A stretch of DNA of 64,000 nt from positions 20,443,687-20,507,686 of the forward strand of contig NC_068983.1 in the NCBI RefSeq assembly GCF_001194135.2. Direction: 5' to 3'. Positions 50,344 through 63,957 of the stretch are shown here, in pieces. Below the pieces are notes generated by a model. It saw only the letters and a program-made list of their open reading frames with translations. It was not told the DNA's origin and made no database searches. Positions within the stretch are counted from its first letter, which is position 1. Each line of letters starts with the position of its first letter. The translations under genes and the position numbers were made by a program. The DNA is from Octopus bimaculoides. Its lineage: Eukaryota.

Positions 50344-51368
50344 CATAGATTGTTAGTGTTTTCCTTTTTATCACGCTTATTTCAGCTTTTAGATTTTTGT
50401 ACTTTGATGCTTTCTTGAGCACACCCCGGCGAATTTTTATGAGAATGCATCGAAATGGTTATCAGAGAGTAGATATTTTCTCCAGTTATGAACAAATATA
50501 TCCGTATGTAAAGCCTTCATCAATTTGTCAATTTCCAGAAGTATGTCCCAGATTATTGTTTGCACGTCGAAGAAGGCATAATGCCCACATTGTCCAGTAT
50601 ACTCGATTACGCTTATATTGATACCGGCTCGTTGAAGTCTGGATATAACGTGACAAGGTCTACACAGTCAGAAATAATATGATCTGTTTTCTCTTTGTTC
50701 TGATTGCATAGTCTGCACTTGATGCTAAACGCTATTTCCAGTATTATATTTTATTGTTATTTCTGACGAACTATTGACACTACAAACGTAAAAACGAACT
50801 TTGCCATTTCCACTCTTGATTCGGTGATCATGAACTTTCACTATCGCTTACTACTCTGCTGCATAATACAAGATACTGGTTATAAAGTGTTTTTTCTCAC
50901 AGGTTTTCTTTCAGAATACTTTGGAATTCTGTTTTGACTCATTTTATTTAGTCTGTTTAGACTATAGTTTCTACTTTATTGTTTACGCTTTCTTCTCGTT
51001 TGTTCATACCCGCTGTCTTATTACATTTAAATAGATTTCTTTGGTTTCATTTGTTTCGAGTCCTACAATACTTGTCTATTTGCGTCAGGCCCCGCCCGCA
51101 CTTACTGCTGGATATGTATGTATGTATGTATGTATGTATGTTTGTATGCGTACATGTGTGTATGTATGTATGCGTGTGTGTACGTTAGCATAATGCACGT
51201 ATCTGAGTATATGTGTGTTCGGAGTTGGTACTGCGGACCACTGTTTCTTGCTTTATTCAGCTCATATAGCTTCCATTTTATCACGTTGACGATGAAGTCT
51301 AAAATACACCTAATAGCTTCTATAATGTGTGTGTGCGTGTGTGCGTGTGTGTTTGTGTGTACAATGTT

Positions 51369-51447
51369 AATTATTCAGTGAGTACACTGAAGTACAAAGT
51401 CAATTATTCAGTGAGTACACTGAAGTACAAAGTCAATTATTCAGTGA
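51369..51447. repeat. 33-bp tandem repeat (2.4 copies) with internal palindrome
   Basis: Unit AATTATTCAGTGAGTACACTGAAGTACAAAGTC, containing TTCAGTG-AGTA-CACTGAA. Confidence 0.95.
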
Positions 51448-52156
51448 TAGATTCCTCTGATTCGTGCAAGTACAAAGTATTGTCGATGTTTCAGATACCC
51501 TTCATGAAACGCATCCGAAAGATCACAGACTTATTCTACATGTTTGCAAAATTTTTAGTAATCTACTATTGAAGCATTAACTGTTTACACAGCGTGCTTG
51601 CATACGCACGCATGCATGCGGGCACATATATAGGAAAGACAGACAGAAAGAGGGAAGTGAGTGAGAGAGAGAGAGAGAATTTCGTTTTGTATTAGATGTA
51701 TGAAAGAAAGGGAAATGTTAAAATTCTTCTGAACTGAAGCATATGGTGAGAGAAAGAAAGTAGGAGGGAGAAAGTGAAAGTGAAAGTGAGAGGGAGAAAG
51801 TGAAAGAGAGAGAGAGAGAGAGAGAGAGAGTACGGTTAGTGAATGAAGGAATGAAAAAGAAAACAGCAATAAAAAATAAACAGAGGGAATATTTGCAGGA
51901 AAAAAAAAGGAAAAAGTGTTGATTATGCGGGGGGCAACTTCAAAAGAAACGAACAATAATTTCATAGAAAAATCAACAAGATGATATTGAAAATCAATAA
52001 AACACTTTTTCATACTGTTATAAAACAAATCTAAAACGTAATGCAATTTTTGTATGAGGAAGAAAAGCATCGATATTAAAATTGGAATGTATTTTCTTTA
52101 GAATGTTTGATTGAATAATTACAAGACTTTCCCTTATTTCTTCAAGAAATCGAGTC

Positions 52157-52196
<40 letters not shown>

Positions 52197-52979
52197 GTAT
52201 GCATACTGTGTGTGTGTGCATGTATGTATATATAGCAATGCATTTATATACATATATTTTTGTGATATTTTATTATTTCTGCATCACTTTGTATAGTCAT
52301 TCATTGGTTTTGTTTTTATTTTAATGTTTACTTTTTATTATTGTATACTTGTTTCTTTTTTTTGTTTTTGTTTTGTCATGTATATTTTGATCCACCATTA
52401 TTTTGTGATCTTTTAGTTGTATAAAGAGTCTATTAAAAATAGTAACGATTATTACAGTAGTATGAGTTTTCCGGACTATTAACCTCAGCTACTGCGTTTC
52501 ATCTACGCTGATGTTTCGATCGGTCTAGTCTCCAAACGTCTTCGATTTCCTCTTGATACTGTTTCAGTTATTTTCTCATACGCTTCCGTATTTATAATGG
52601 CTATAACATTTCGTTTCTCTAACGATATAAATACAAATATAAGGTTATGACTATGTATGAAATATGTTTGGTATTCGATTAGGAGATACAGTGACGTAAT
52701 AGTTAAAAAAAAAAGCGGATGTTTAATTCCAGTACATGAACTAGATAAGCATGCCATCGTGTAGATGACCAAAAGAAATTTCGATTTTTGCTCGTAAATA
52801 AATGAACATAAAGTTTAAAATATTTTATTATGAGGTTAGTGTGCGTTGTCTCATAACAGTTGCCTAGGAAACGTATAATGCGTGTGGCAAACGACATATA
52901 ATGCATGTGACAAATGACAAAAGCTGTACATGAAAAGTGGTCTGCCGAATCACTCTTGTTATATCAACGCCAAAAAAAC

Positions 52980-53143
52980 CCGTTTCAAATTTTGGTGTTA
53001 AACTGGTACTTATTTTATCGAGCTCGAAACGGTGAAAGCCAGAGTCGACCTCAACGAGATTTGAACTCAGAACGTAAACACGAACGAAATGCCGCGAAGC
53101 GTTTTGTTCGGCGTGCTAATGATTCTGCCAGCTCATCACCTTA
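52980..53143 (-). mobile_element. SINE family A (3' deletion)
   Basis: AACTGGTACTTATTTTATCGA, GATTTGAACTCAGAACGTAAA and GATTCTGCCAGCTCATCACCTT. Confidence 0.9.
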
Positions 53144-54468
53144 ACATCAAATATTGAAATATGTAATAACGAAGTAAACAAACTTAGCAAATCTAACGTG
53201 TTCAATCCTTAAAGAGAACCCGATACACTTCACTTTTGATATATATTTTAATATGGTGAATCATCTTTAATTTCTTCTATTTCAAGTAAAGATGTGTTTG
53301 ACTACTTTTAGATTATATAAATTGTTATTGTTCTGTTCATACAGAACTATGAATTCCACGCATTCTGCGGAATGCAGACAAGGCGGTGAAGACGGAAACT
53401 TACTTTATTGTATTAATCATCAAAAAAAGAAGAAAACACCCCTTAAGACATAGGACGTTGAACAGCTAGTGGTTTAATGTATTTTCTATACCTTAAAACA
53501 AACAGAGCCGATAGTTTAGGAGAAACAAAAAAAAAAGAGATATAACTTTCCAGAATTTGTTATCTTAATTACTTTTGTTCAATTCCCGTCAGAATTGCAA
53601 GGAGAACATAATGTATTTAATAAACACCAGACTAATACTGGTGATTACTCCACCGATTAATGACAGAAATGTACACAAAAAATAGGGCATTTAATGTTGA
53701 TAAGAAACTTTTATACCTGTCGATTTTTATTACGGAAATTCACCAGCTCCACAGACGTGTATTTATTTGCACATCGGCTGTATCAGCTTTGTCATCTGAT
53801 TTTGATTCTCAGTCGTGGCTATTTTATTTCAGTTGCGTTGCCGATAAAACCAGAAAAGAAGCGAACGATACAATTTCCTGTTTTACCTTTCTAGAAGTGT
53901 TTCGTTATATGCTTAGGTGGGAAAACCGATATGAAACCTTTACATTGTGTCATCTTTGAGTTATGACCTCGAAGATATAGGTAGTTTCGAAAGCAAATAT
54001 GCCTTTAAGAAATTGTATGGAAATAGCGATTGCTTAATAAGAATGGAAATCACAGATTTATGGTCGCCACAAATATGGCGACTTACATATTATTTGTTAA
54101 GACATTTTAAATCTATTCTTACAAACGACAATCTCATATACTCATTTACTAATAGGGTCGGATTTCGTTATCAACTAAATGACCACTTAGCATTGCGTGT
54201 ATACCAATGATACTTCATGCCAATACTAAGTTGACGAATAAATTAGTACGGAGATTTTTATGGATAATGAAGGCTGAGTTCAGTGACGGTATAAGTAGAA
54301 TAATTTTGTCTTTTACGCAATAGATGAAGTAGTTGCGAATCAGATTAATGTTTCTCATGAATTCACACAGGTATGTCTAAAGACATTTTGCACTTATTAA
54401 ATGGTTTATATAATAATGCTTTTCGGTAAGCAGAAAGATTTATATCCAACTGTTAGTTTTGAAGTACA

Positions 54469-54518
<50 letters not shown>

Positions 54519-54769
54519 TCACTGACACATATGCCTGCGCATATAGGACATACAAAATATTCAGACGAGTGTTTAGAATACTAAGCATAATTGAATACAA
54601 GCACTATAAACATTTTACCTTCCCTACTTATTGAGAACATTAAAGGTAAAACATGTATTTTGTTTTGAATAAAACGTAAAGAAGCTCTGAAATGAATACT
54701 CTGTATTTCCAAGCGCTACCCTTCTAGGTGAGAGGGGAAAATGTTGAGCACTGATTACACTTTGAATAT

Positions 54770-54960
54770 TTTAATCGAGGAAGCATCTATAGCGTTACTC
54801 AAACCATTAGAGATAGCATCTGAATACCTTAAATCACACCCTGTTCTGTTTTTCTTTTCTTTTGTTTTTTTCAAAGCTGAAGACATTGAACAATCTAGAC
54901 CTAGACAATACTGCTGGAAATACATCTGACACCATCCATGGCTTAACCAGAGTTCACCTA
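54770..54960 (+). repeat. Repeat family F copy
   Basis: TTAGAGATAGCATCTGAATACCTTAAATCACACCCT. Confidence 0.5.
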
Positions 54961-55914
54961 GGGTTAAACAAGAAAAGCACAACAAGGAAAAAGTATTTAA
55001 ACGAGAACTACATAAACATTATACGTTTCTGAACATTTGTCTATAAGCATTTGTATAAATTGTTAAAAGGTTCTAGTATGAATGAGCGCTAAAGCAATAG
55101 AAAACATGAATTTAGGTTTTGAATGAACTAAAAAGGAACTATATAAATACGCTGTAAAAGCTAATTACTACATTTCTCGTTGATTAAAAGAATAATGAAA
55201 GTAAAGTTATAAATTAAAAATAATGTGCGTAACATAAACTGTACATGGAAAGAAATTATACGGTTGAATGGAATAGAAATACTGATGAAAAAGTTATAGA
55301 CAATACAAGCGATACTTTTAATAAATAAATCTTTATGGACAGTAACAAGAAGTCTGTTTTGCTTTTGTTATTTCTTTATTACGACTATTTTTGTTTGTTT
55401 TATAAACCAACATATAAGCACTAAATATTTATTTTCCAATATATCAAACACAAAAATCACCAAAGTTCTGTTGACTGAAATAATTAGGAAGACTAAACAC
55501 ATAATTTTCCATTGAATGAACACATTGAACGCACTTGACTGAACATAACTGAACAGGTTTACGATTTTGAAACCGCGTTACTTTTAGATTGTTGGGTTTT
55601 ATTGTTTTCTTTCTTTTTTTTTTTTTTGGTATGTTTGTTTATTTGTTTTGTTAATGATTTGTGTGTTTTCTTCTCTATATTTAACCTAAGTTGTGTATGA
55701 AATTCAATTAATTCCAAATTGAAAGAGAACTTCGGCTTCCGTTGGATAAGTCAATCCAGATTCCCGTTGGTAAATCAATTAGTTTAAGACCACTTAGTAG
55801 CATATTGAAGCGGCATTTTATACAACAAATACCACACAAATACTATTGCCTTTGATAAAACGAATGTACGTACATACATCCAGCTGTCTCAATTTCTGTC
55901 ACCGGTTTTAGCAC

Positions 55915-55964
55915 CATTACCACCACCATCACAACCTCTACCACACCGCCACCACCATCATCAT

Positions 55965-56018
<54 letters not shown>

Positions 56019-56350
56019 CACTGCTGCTGCTGCTGCTAGTGATGGTGGTCGCTGCCATATGTAGTTGTCAAAATGGTGAATTGTTTTCAAATACTACTTG
56101 CTAGTTGTTCCAAGTGCTTCGTTTTCAAAGTTAATGCGGAAGGTATTAAGTTATTATTACTTTCGCTTTGACTTCCGGAAGTTGCCGTCTGATGAAGGAC
56201 CTTTTGATTATAATAAATTGGTTCAAGAACGACCTATGCTACGTCTAATACCATCACAGCCACCACCACCACCACCGCTGCTGCCGCCGCCACCACCGCC
56301 GGTGACACCACTACCGCCGGCGACACCACTAGCGCCATAACGACGACTAC
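55915..56350. repeat. Compound trinucleotide microsatellites (CAC/CAT/TAC/CTG at about 55915-56040; CCA/CCG at about 56240-56350)
   Basis: Directly visible. These produce the poly-S and poly-P ORFs. Confidence 0.9.
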
Positions 56351-56939
56351 TGACATGATGGGGAAAATGTTCGATTTTTTTTAGCTTATTTAACTAGCCT
56401 CAGAATTCCTTGGCTTTGCAATTTCAACCGATCTGTTTCCAGTTATTTGCAGTGTGTGAAAGATACAGTTAACTGGAAACGAGAAAAATAAAGCCCCAAA
56501 TCGAAAAACAAACGTATTATAATCTTTAATTTAGGATGTGTTATGTAGCTAGTCATAAACGCGTCTTCTGGGGGACAAAATCACTAAAGAAAGTAAGAAC
56601 GCGAAACAATTTTGATGCAATGAAATATACCGGAATGTATATGTGAGTTCTGACTAAATATCGCTGTTGTTATTAAAACAAACGTTATTATTGTATATTT
56701 AACGTTTAGAGTGAAAATAATAAAAAAAAAACTATAAAAAATATAAAAGACTAATAAAGGTTCTCAGTGAAAATATAACGTTCTTGACCGAAAATATATT
56801 TCAAGCAGAGAATGAAAATAATCACGAGAGAAATAGAGGAGTGTAGACGGAAGAGTAGGACATATAACCGAAATAGTAGGTGTGTCTCTGAAACCGGTGG
56901 TGGCATACTTGATGTTAATTATGATATTGAAATTCGTGT

Positions 56940-56965
56940 TGGTCGTGTTGGTGGTGGCGGTGGTG

Positions 56966-57005
<40 letters not shown>
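56940..57005. repeat. (GGT)n(AGT)n microsatellite
   Basis: Directly visible. Confidence 0.95.
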
Positions 57006-57380
57006 GAATGGCAGTAGTCGTTCTTGTTGTTCATGTAGTGCTGAAAGCTGCACCAGTGGTGTGAAATTAGTCACACGCTTTTAGGGTTATGGGTTAATGA
57101 AATTAAGCTATATTAAACAACAATCTTTCGGAGTAGAAGATTACTTTCAATTGACAGCTATTCGGCCAAAGTTGATGAGATTCGCCAACTTTGGTATGCT
57201 TCAGGTTGGGCTAATTCTGAAATGGTTATATGGCATAATAATATCCGTGTGAAAATGGTAAACCTGGTGTTTGTATGGTTTTGTCTATGCTATGCGTTTC
57301 TCCTTCAAATGCGTGTGTATTTGTTCATAAGGATTCACCTTCGTGTTAGAGTGCACTGTTATGTAGAATTGTAACGTGAA

Positions 57381-57412
<32 letters not shown>

Positions 57413-58267
57413 GGGGGAATTCTGTATGTGTGTGTTATGTGTGTGCGTGATCGTCTTTGAATATTATATAAATGTGAACACGTATGTACAGATATGAGTT
57501 CACATGTAAATATCTCTCTATTAATGTATAGGTTTGAGTGAAACTGAAGAATTGCTAATGCCTTTGTGTGCATCTATAATTTAACCAAACGAACGCACAT
57601 TTGGGTATACAAGTGTATTTGCAGATGAGAGAATGAAAGAGCCAGAGAAAGGAGGAATAAAGAGAGAGAGAGAGAGAGAGAGAGATTGGGGGAAAGAGAG
57701 TCAAAGACCTAGGAACAGTTGATAATATCCTCACCAAAGTTGATCTATGTTCACTTATCCTTCTAACCAAAACTGATCATTATGGCTAATGCTAGGGTTA
57801 ATAACACAGTTAGGGATAACAGCTCATGCACATCGATATGTATCAATCTATTTCCAATAGCAAAAGATATGCATATATATCTATATATATACATATATAT
57901 ATATTTAAGTATATATTTCTGTCCAACTCTCCCTGCATGCCTGTATACCTGTCTGTCGGACTGTCGGCGTGTTGTTTGTGTCATGTTCGTTCTTTTGAAG
58001 ACGTGTCTCATTCGCTTTACCTTCCTGTTTGTCTGTTTTACTGTATATCACCACAAATATGTTTGTATCTTTCTGTACATGATTACATGTGTAAGCGTAG
58101 ACAGAAGCATACAAAATGAACAGAATCCATGCAGGAATAAAGAGTGTAGATTTCATGCCTCGACATATTAGCTCGTAGAATATATTATGTGAATAGGCGT
58201 CCCTCGATCTTATGCATTACGCGTGCGAGTGTATGCATGTGGGTTATACACACACACAAACACACAC

Positions 58268-58335
<68 letters not shown>

Positions 58336-58340
58336 GTATA

Positions 58341-58531
58341 TAATAAAAAATAATACACGCACGTGATTTTATTTATGTATTTCTGTGTTCGTATATATAT
58401 ATACGTTTGTGTGTGTGCGTGTTTCACTGCGTTTGTGTTTGTATATCTATGTAAGTATTTTTGTACGCATATACGTGTGCCTTTGTGCTACTAGTAAGTT
58501 TGTAACTATGGAGTCACCTATTCATCCGAAC

Positions 58532-58580
<49 letters not shown>

Positions 58581-58613
58581 TTCTCTCTCATTCACACAAA
58601 CGCTCCCTCTCTC

Positions 58614-58644
<31 letters not shown>

Positions 58645-58995
58645 TTAATAAAAAATAATGCACACACGTAATATTATTTATGTATTTCTGTGTTCGTATA
58701 TATATATATATATATGTGCGTGTGTGTGTGTGCGTGCGTGTTTCACTGCGTGTGTGTTTGTATTTGTATATCTATGTAAGTATTTTTGTATGCATATACG
58801 TGTGCCTTTGTGCTGCTAGTAAGTTTGTAACTATGGAGTCACGTATTCATCCGACCCTACACGCACGCAAACATACACGTGCACACACACACACACACAC
58901 ACACGCACACACACACAAACGCTCACACACACTTTCTCTCTCTCCTTCACACAAACGCTCCCTCTCTCTCCTACACACACACACACACACACACC
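58341..58995. repeat. Local tandem duplication, about 305-350-bp unit, two copies
   Basis: TAATAAAAAATAAT..TATGTATTTCTGTGTTCG..AGTAAGTTTGTAACTATGGAGTCAC..CACAAACGCTCCCTCTCTC starts at 58341 and 58646. Confidence 0.9.
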
Positions 58996-59370
58996 ACTCT
59001 TATACGTATACATACTGAGTAATTGTCTGACTGTGAGCACTGAAACGTACAACAAACAACATGTTTCAGCTTCATTGGTTGCCAGTATTTACACTAGTCT
59101 CTGCTTATACATTTACTTTCAGTTTTTTTACCCACTATTATATTTCGTCAAAGAAACCGACTTTTGATATTTTATTTCTGTTCATAAGCGTTGCTTTTAC
59201 TTTGATGCATTTAAAACATACATACTCACGCGCAGCTGCGAAAGACTCACACATACACACACACTCAAATGAACGCGCGCGCAAACACACACAAAATACA
59301 TACAAATCACCCTAGTGCGTGTGTGGTGTGTATATATATGTGTGGTGTGTATATATATGTGTGGTGTGAA

Positions 59371-59416
<46 letters not shown>

Positions 59417-59435
59417 TCCATATATCCGTGTGTGT

Positions 59436-59474
<39 letters not shown>

Positions 59475-59594
59475 GCTGACGATGGTTTTCTTTGATATAT
59501 CAATGTGTATGCGAATATACTCACTTACAGATACATACTCACATCACAATACATACATATATATAATGACACATCCGCATCTGTGAACATACAC

Positions 59595-59642
<48 letters not shown>

Positions 59643-59658
59643 ATGAACATTTGTGTGT

Positions 59659-59695
<37 letters not shown>

Positions 59696-60514
59696 GTATG
59701 TGTATTGTAGCACACATTAGACATTGAGTAGGTCGATAAATAGGTAAGTAGTATGGTGGTGGCTATATGTTTATACGGCGTTCTATGCTCATATATATAT
59801 ATATGTATGTGAAGTTTTTCTAATACCTTGTATTTACGTATTCGTTAGTGGATATGTATGTATGATATATATTTGTGCGTCTTGGAAGTTACAATTTTAC
59901 TGATATTTGCACATATATCCATGCATGAAATTATATATATATATACATAATGTACGCACATATACACACACATCTTTATATGGAAATGTATAGCAACGTA
60001 TTAAGTTATGAGCAATATGTACTATTTACAAACTCCATTTGGTGATATTAGTTTATGTGATTCTGCATATTGTTCATATGTGTATACACACGTACATACA
60101 AATATATACATATGCATAGTATACAGATGTATACATCCATGCATAAATACATGCACTTAAATATTTCCATCCTACATGTGTATATGTATCTCTTCGTGCT
60201 GAATTCCGCCCTAGTTTGTGCTTTTACCGATTGAACAAAAACTTTCAGAGAAATTTTATATTTAATAATTTCTCATTTTTCAATTCATCCTTATTCTATT
60301 GAAATATTTATTTGCTGTCCAAAAGATCGATATATTTGTAAAAGGATACATAGTCCAGATAGCGTACAATCGTATTGCAACGATCACACTACCATAATTT
60401 GAACTCCGAATACATTTGTATCAATTTTTTTATGGTATAAAATATTTTCAATATCCGTCCAAAACAGTATATTTCTAACATTTTCATGCTCAACCGACAA
60501 AGACAGTCGTCCAA

Positions 60515-60720
60515 AGCAGGAGGCTGTACCTCTTAATAGAAATTAGCATTCGAATCTCAGTTAAGTTACGTTTTTCACGTCTTCAGACTAGAACGAGAAT
60601 CGTTATCGTGTTGTCTACACGTGGATAATTTCCCTGTCTTTGAGTAAGGAACGTTGCTAAAGGACACCACGCACACTCCAATAAAAGTGGGATGGAAGCG
60701 GTTAACATTTATCAAAGAAA
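60515..60720 (+). repeat. Repeat family F copy
   Basis: AATAGAAATTAGCATTCGAATCTC and GGGATGGAAGCGGTT. Confidence 0.4.
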
Positions 60721-60808
60721 TTTGCATCGACGTATTGGGAAAACAGCATATGTAGAAGGAGGAATTTCATAGGAAAAGAAAGACTACGCAGAACGCTTTA
60801 TGAAGTGT

Positions 60809-60844
<36 letters not shown>

Positions 60845-61925
60845 GGAGGGCTGGGTCACATTATGTGGTGTGGTAATTAAAGAGACAAGTGAGTCGGGAA
60901 TGCTGGAGTTTAGGTGATAATCGATTGATAGGCTCCAAGGAGTAGCAGGAATGATAGAAGCAGTATAGAAGTAAAACGGAGGAGATTGAGGTCAGATATT
61001 GGAGCCTGTTTTTCAGCAAGTTCATTCCAGTCAGTAGAGTAACCTTTCTTTATATGCCAAATATACATTAATTAGAGCTGTGAGTGGTCGACTTGACCAA
61101 TTCTATACTGCGCATCCGCAGCAACTTATACTGATCTATCTTGCCATAGCAAAGGCATCTAACTAATTACACTGCCTGTGAGAATTACCTGGTAAATCTT
61201 AATCGAACTCTAGATTTTAAGAAAAGGAACTTTACGCATCATTTAAAATGTTCTATAGATAGAGTGTACCTGAATACATTTCGAGATTATCGATACTGGA
61301 AGTAGTTTGATCATAGATTTTGTGATAATCTTTTCTTATCATTTACGACTCCTGTTTGAAGTCGTCTTGTCCATTGTTTTTGTTGTATAAGTTTTATAAT
61401 GTAATAAAACATACTTGACAAAATCTATCCTAAACAGATTCCGTAATTATTAAACAAAGGATGACTTAAGAGAAATTTGCAAAGAAAATTTACTAAGTTA
61501 AAATGAAACTAAATTCTTTTATATGTTTGTTGTTTTGTTATCGTAAAAAACAACAACGTGAAACATCCCAGCTGATCCCCTCTCTTAACCGTATGATAGA
61601 TTTACTGCTGTGAGTTAGGTTCTGAACCAGATGTGTTTTATCACAAAAAATACACAAGATAAACAAATAGACACACAAGCACAACCACAACGTACATGTT
61701 CATGTACAGTCTTTTGGAACGTTGTTTTAAAAACTAAACTTGTTATACCCAAGTACAATTCGATTCAAATATACACAACGTAGAGATATACGTACCTAAT
61801 AACTGATCCAACGGTTCAATACCCGGAAGAAAAATAATTATCAGGCCTATATTCCAAATAATAATATATTGCAAATTAAATATCAGTTTGGGCATTTAAT
61901 ATAAAGATTCTAATTTCCAGACCTA

Positions 61926-61952
61926 TGTTCCAAACTTTTGGCCACGTCTGTA
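61926..61952 (-). mobile_element. Tc1-like terminal inverted repeat plus TA (partner end possibly the decayed TACAGTCTTTTGGAAC at about 61705)
   Basis: The reverse complement reads TA-CAGACGTGGCCAAAAGTTTGGAACA, typical of Tc1 TIRs. Confidence 0.45.
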
Positions 61953-61961
61953 TATGCATAG

Positions 61962-62087
61962 ATATAGATGTTTTCGATCTAGTTTGGATTCTTTGCCATC
62001 AAATTTGAATTCTTTGCAATTAAATGTGATGGCAACGAATTCAAATTTGATGGCAAAGAATCTAAACTAAATCGAAAACATCTATAT
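61962..62087. repeat. Foldback: 51-bp arms (2 mismatches) and 24-nt spacer
   Basis: The arms at 61962-62012 and 62037-62087 are reverse complements except at two positions. Confidence 0.95.
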
Positions 62088-63783
62088 ATATCAAGCATAC
62101 TAGAGGTAAATAATATGTGTATGAGCACATAAAACATATTAGAGTTAAATGGTCTGTATCTCTAACAATAACAGAGCAACTCTGCTTCTTTATTCCAACA
62201 ATTATCAAATGCAATTACATTTATTGCATAACATATGATAATTAATAGACGAATAAAATAACAGTTTTTTGTTGTATTGTTGTATTCTCTTATAGGTCTT
62301 TCACTCCCTATCTGTCACTCGCTGACTAGCAATGATCCTCCACAACGCCTATTCCACTATCACACTCTTTGTGTCTTCAAAACTGTATGCGACGACGCGG
62401 CGTTTAATATGCCAGCTTTTCTTCACGCCCAACTCTTACCTTCTGTTCCTATTTTTGACTGTTACGAAAACACACATGCCTATATCTCTTGTTTTATGTT
62501 TATGATTCTAGTTCATTTCTAGCTTCTTTAGTTTCTGTTCGTGTTATATAAGACATACATTGCTCTTGTTCCCTAATTGATCAGATATGAGTGACACCTT
62601 TAATGACTATAGGAAAACAAGTGTTCTATAGATTTTAGTATTCTGAGGTGACCATATCGATTGATAGTAGAATTCTGTTCCAGAACTGTTGACACCATAT
62701 TTTTTTATAAGATAAAAATCAGGTGTGTGATTTCCAACTTGTTAGACTGAACGAGTTAAGTACATTATCTAATAATATAAGATTCCCATGAGAGTGGATA
62801 AAAATACAAAATTTTCTTTTGAAATTTCAACACTTCATTTGTTGAACCAATTTGCCAGCATATGTGTTTATACACATGAATATGTATACGGTTTCTAACA
62901 TGAACGCGCGCGCGCACACACACACACACACGTACACGCACGTACACACACACACATGCACACACACACATACATATATACGCACGCACGTATCCTTTCA
63001 ATCTGAAATGTCTACTATAACAGAAGAAGAAAAAAATAATTTATCTAAAATTAAGATGGTTTGCTTTTTTCTTTCTCGACAAAATCTTAATTTGAGACTA
63101 ACAATGAATCCAAGCTGAGATTCAGAATCAATAAGTGCTCCTTCTATAAAGGTAGAAAGCTTCTTATACTTTTTGATGTGCTTTGTTTATATTAAGCGAA
63201 GGTCTATTGGTTTTTAGAGCAGCTGAGAGCCTCGAGAAAAGAATGAAAGACACGCTCTCAAAAGGTGAAAACAAAGAGATATATTCGTAAGACCGCAGAA
63301 GACAAGACATCTTGACGAAACTAAATTCTAACACCGATTCCATTCCATTTCTATACTATATAGAGTACATTGAATGACATAAGTATGACCGCACAAAAAA
63401 ACTTTCGCTACTGTTATTGACATACACATTATAGTTAAACTGCAAATATCATTAGATCCTTATTTCATCATTAAAACACTTCAAAATCCACATTTATGCA
63501 TAATTCTTTTACCAGAATAAAAAACTCTACTAAAAGAAATTATAAGCAAACACAATACTTATAATCTAAAGTCAAGATTGCATCTAGTTTGTACTTATGC
63601 AGCAACACAAGGGCTGCGACTCAGTGTTTTGTGTGTAACTTTCAGAAAGCAGACTAGAGATTTCTAGGATCTGACATCAAACGAATTTTTTTGCTCTCAT
63701 GATCTTCCATTGTTAACTGCAGTTGAGATGATTCTGGGGGTTCATGTGAAAAAAAAATAAAACAACAAAAGAAAAACAACTTA

Positions 63784-63957
63784 TCTTCTACTATAGCCTT
63801 GTACCGACCAAGGCCTTGTGAATGTATTTGGAAGACGAAAACTAAAAGAAACCCGTCGGCACATGAGTGGTTGTGTGGTAAGCAGCTTGCTTACCAACCA
63901 AATGATTCCTGGTTCAGTGCCACTGCGTGGCACCTTGGGCAAGTGTTTTCTGCTATA
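63784..63957 (+). mobile_element. Circularly permuted SINE family B fragment
   Basis: The post-core segment (63784-63858) precedes the head-to-core segment (63859-63957). Confidence 0.85.

Noticed and set aside
48900-52460. T-rich, 3'-UTR-like tract ending near ATTAAA
   Set aside because: Composition alone is not diagnostic, and no upstream terminal exon was found.
56098-56340. Proline-rich ORF (and poly-S/poly-G ORFs at 55843-56058 and 56812-57084)
   Set aside because: The low-complexity parts come from trinucleotide microsatellites, and there is no splice or domain support.
62440-62571. Minus-strand exon candidate with strong AAG|GTAAGA donor
   Set aside because: The one frame with a plausible peptide hits several stops. 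It is at best non-coding or a decayed element.
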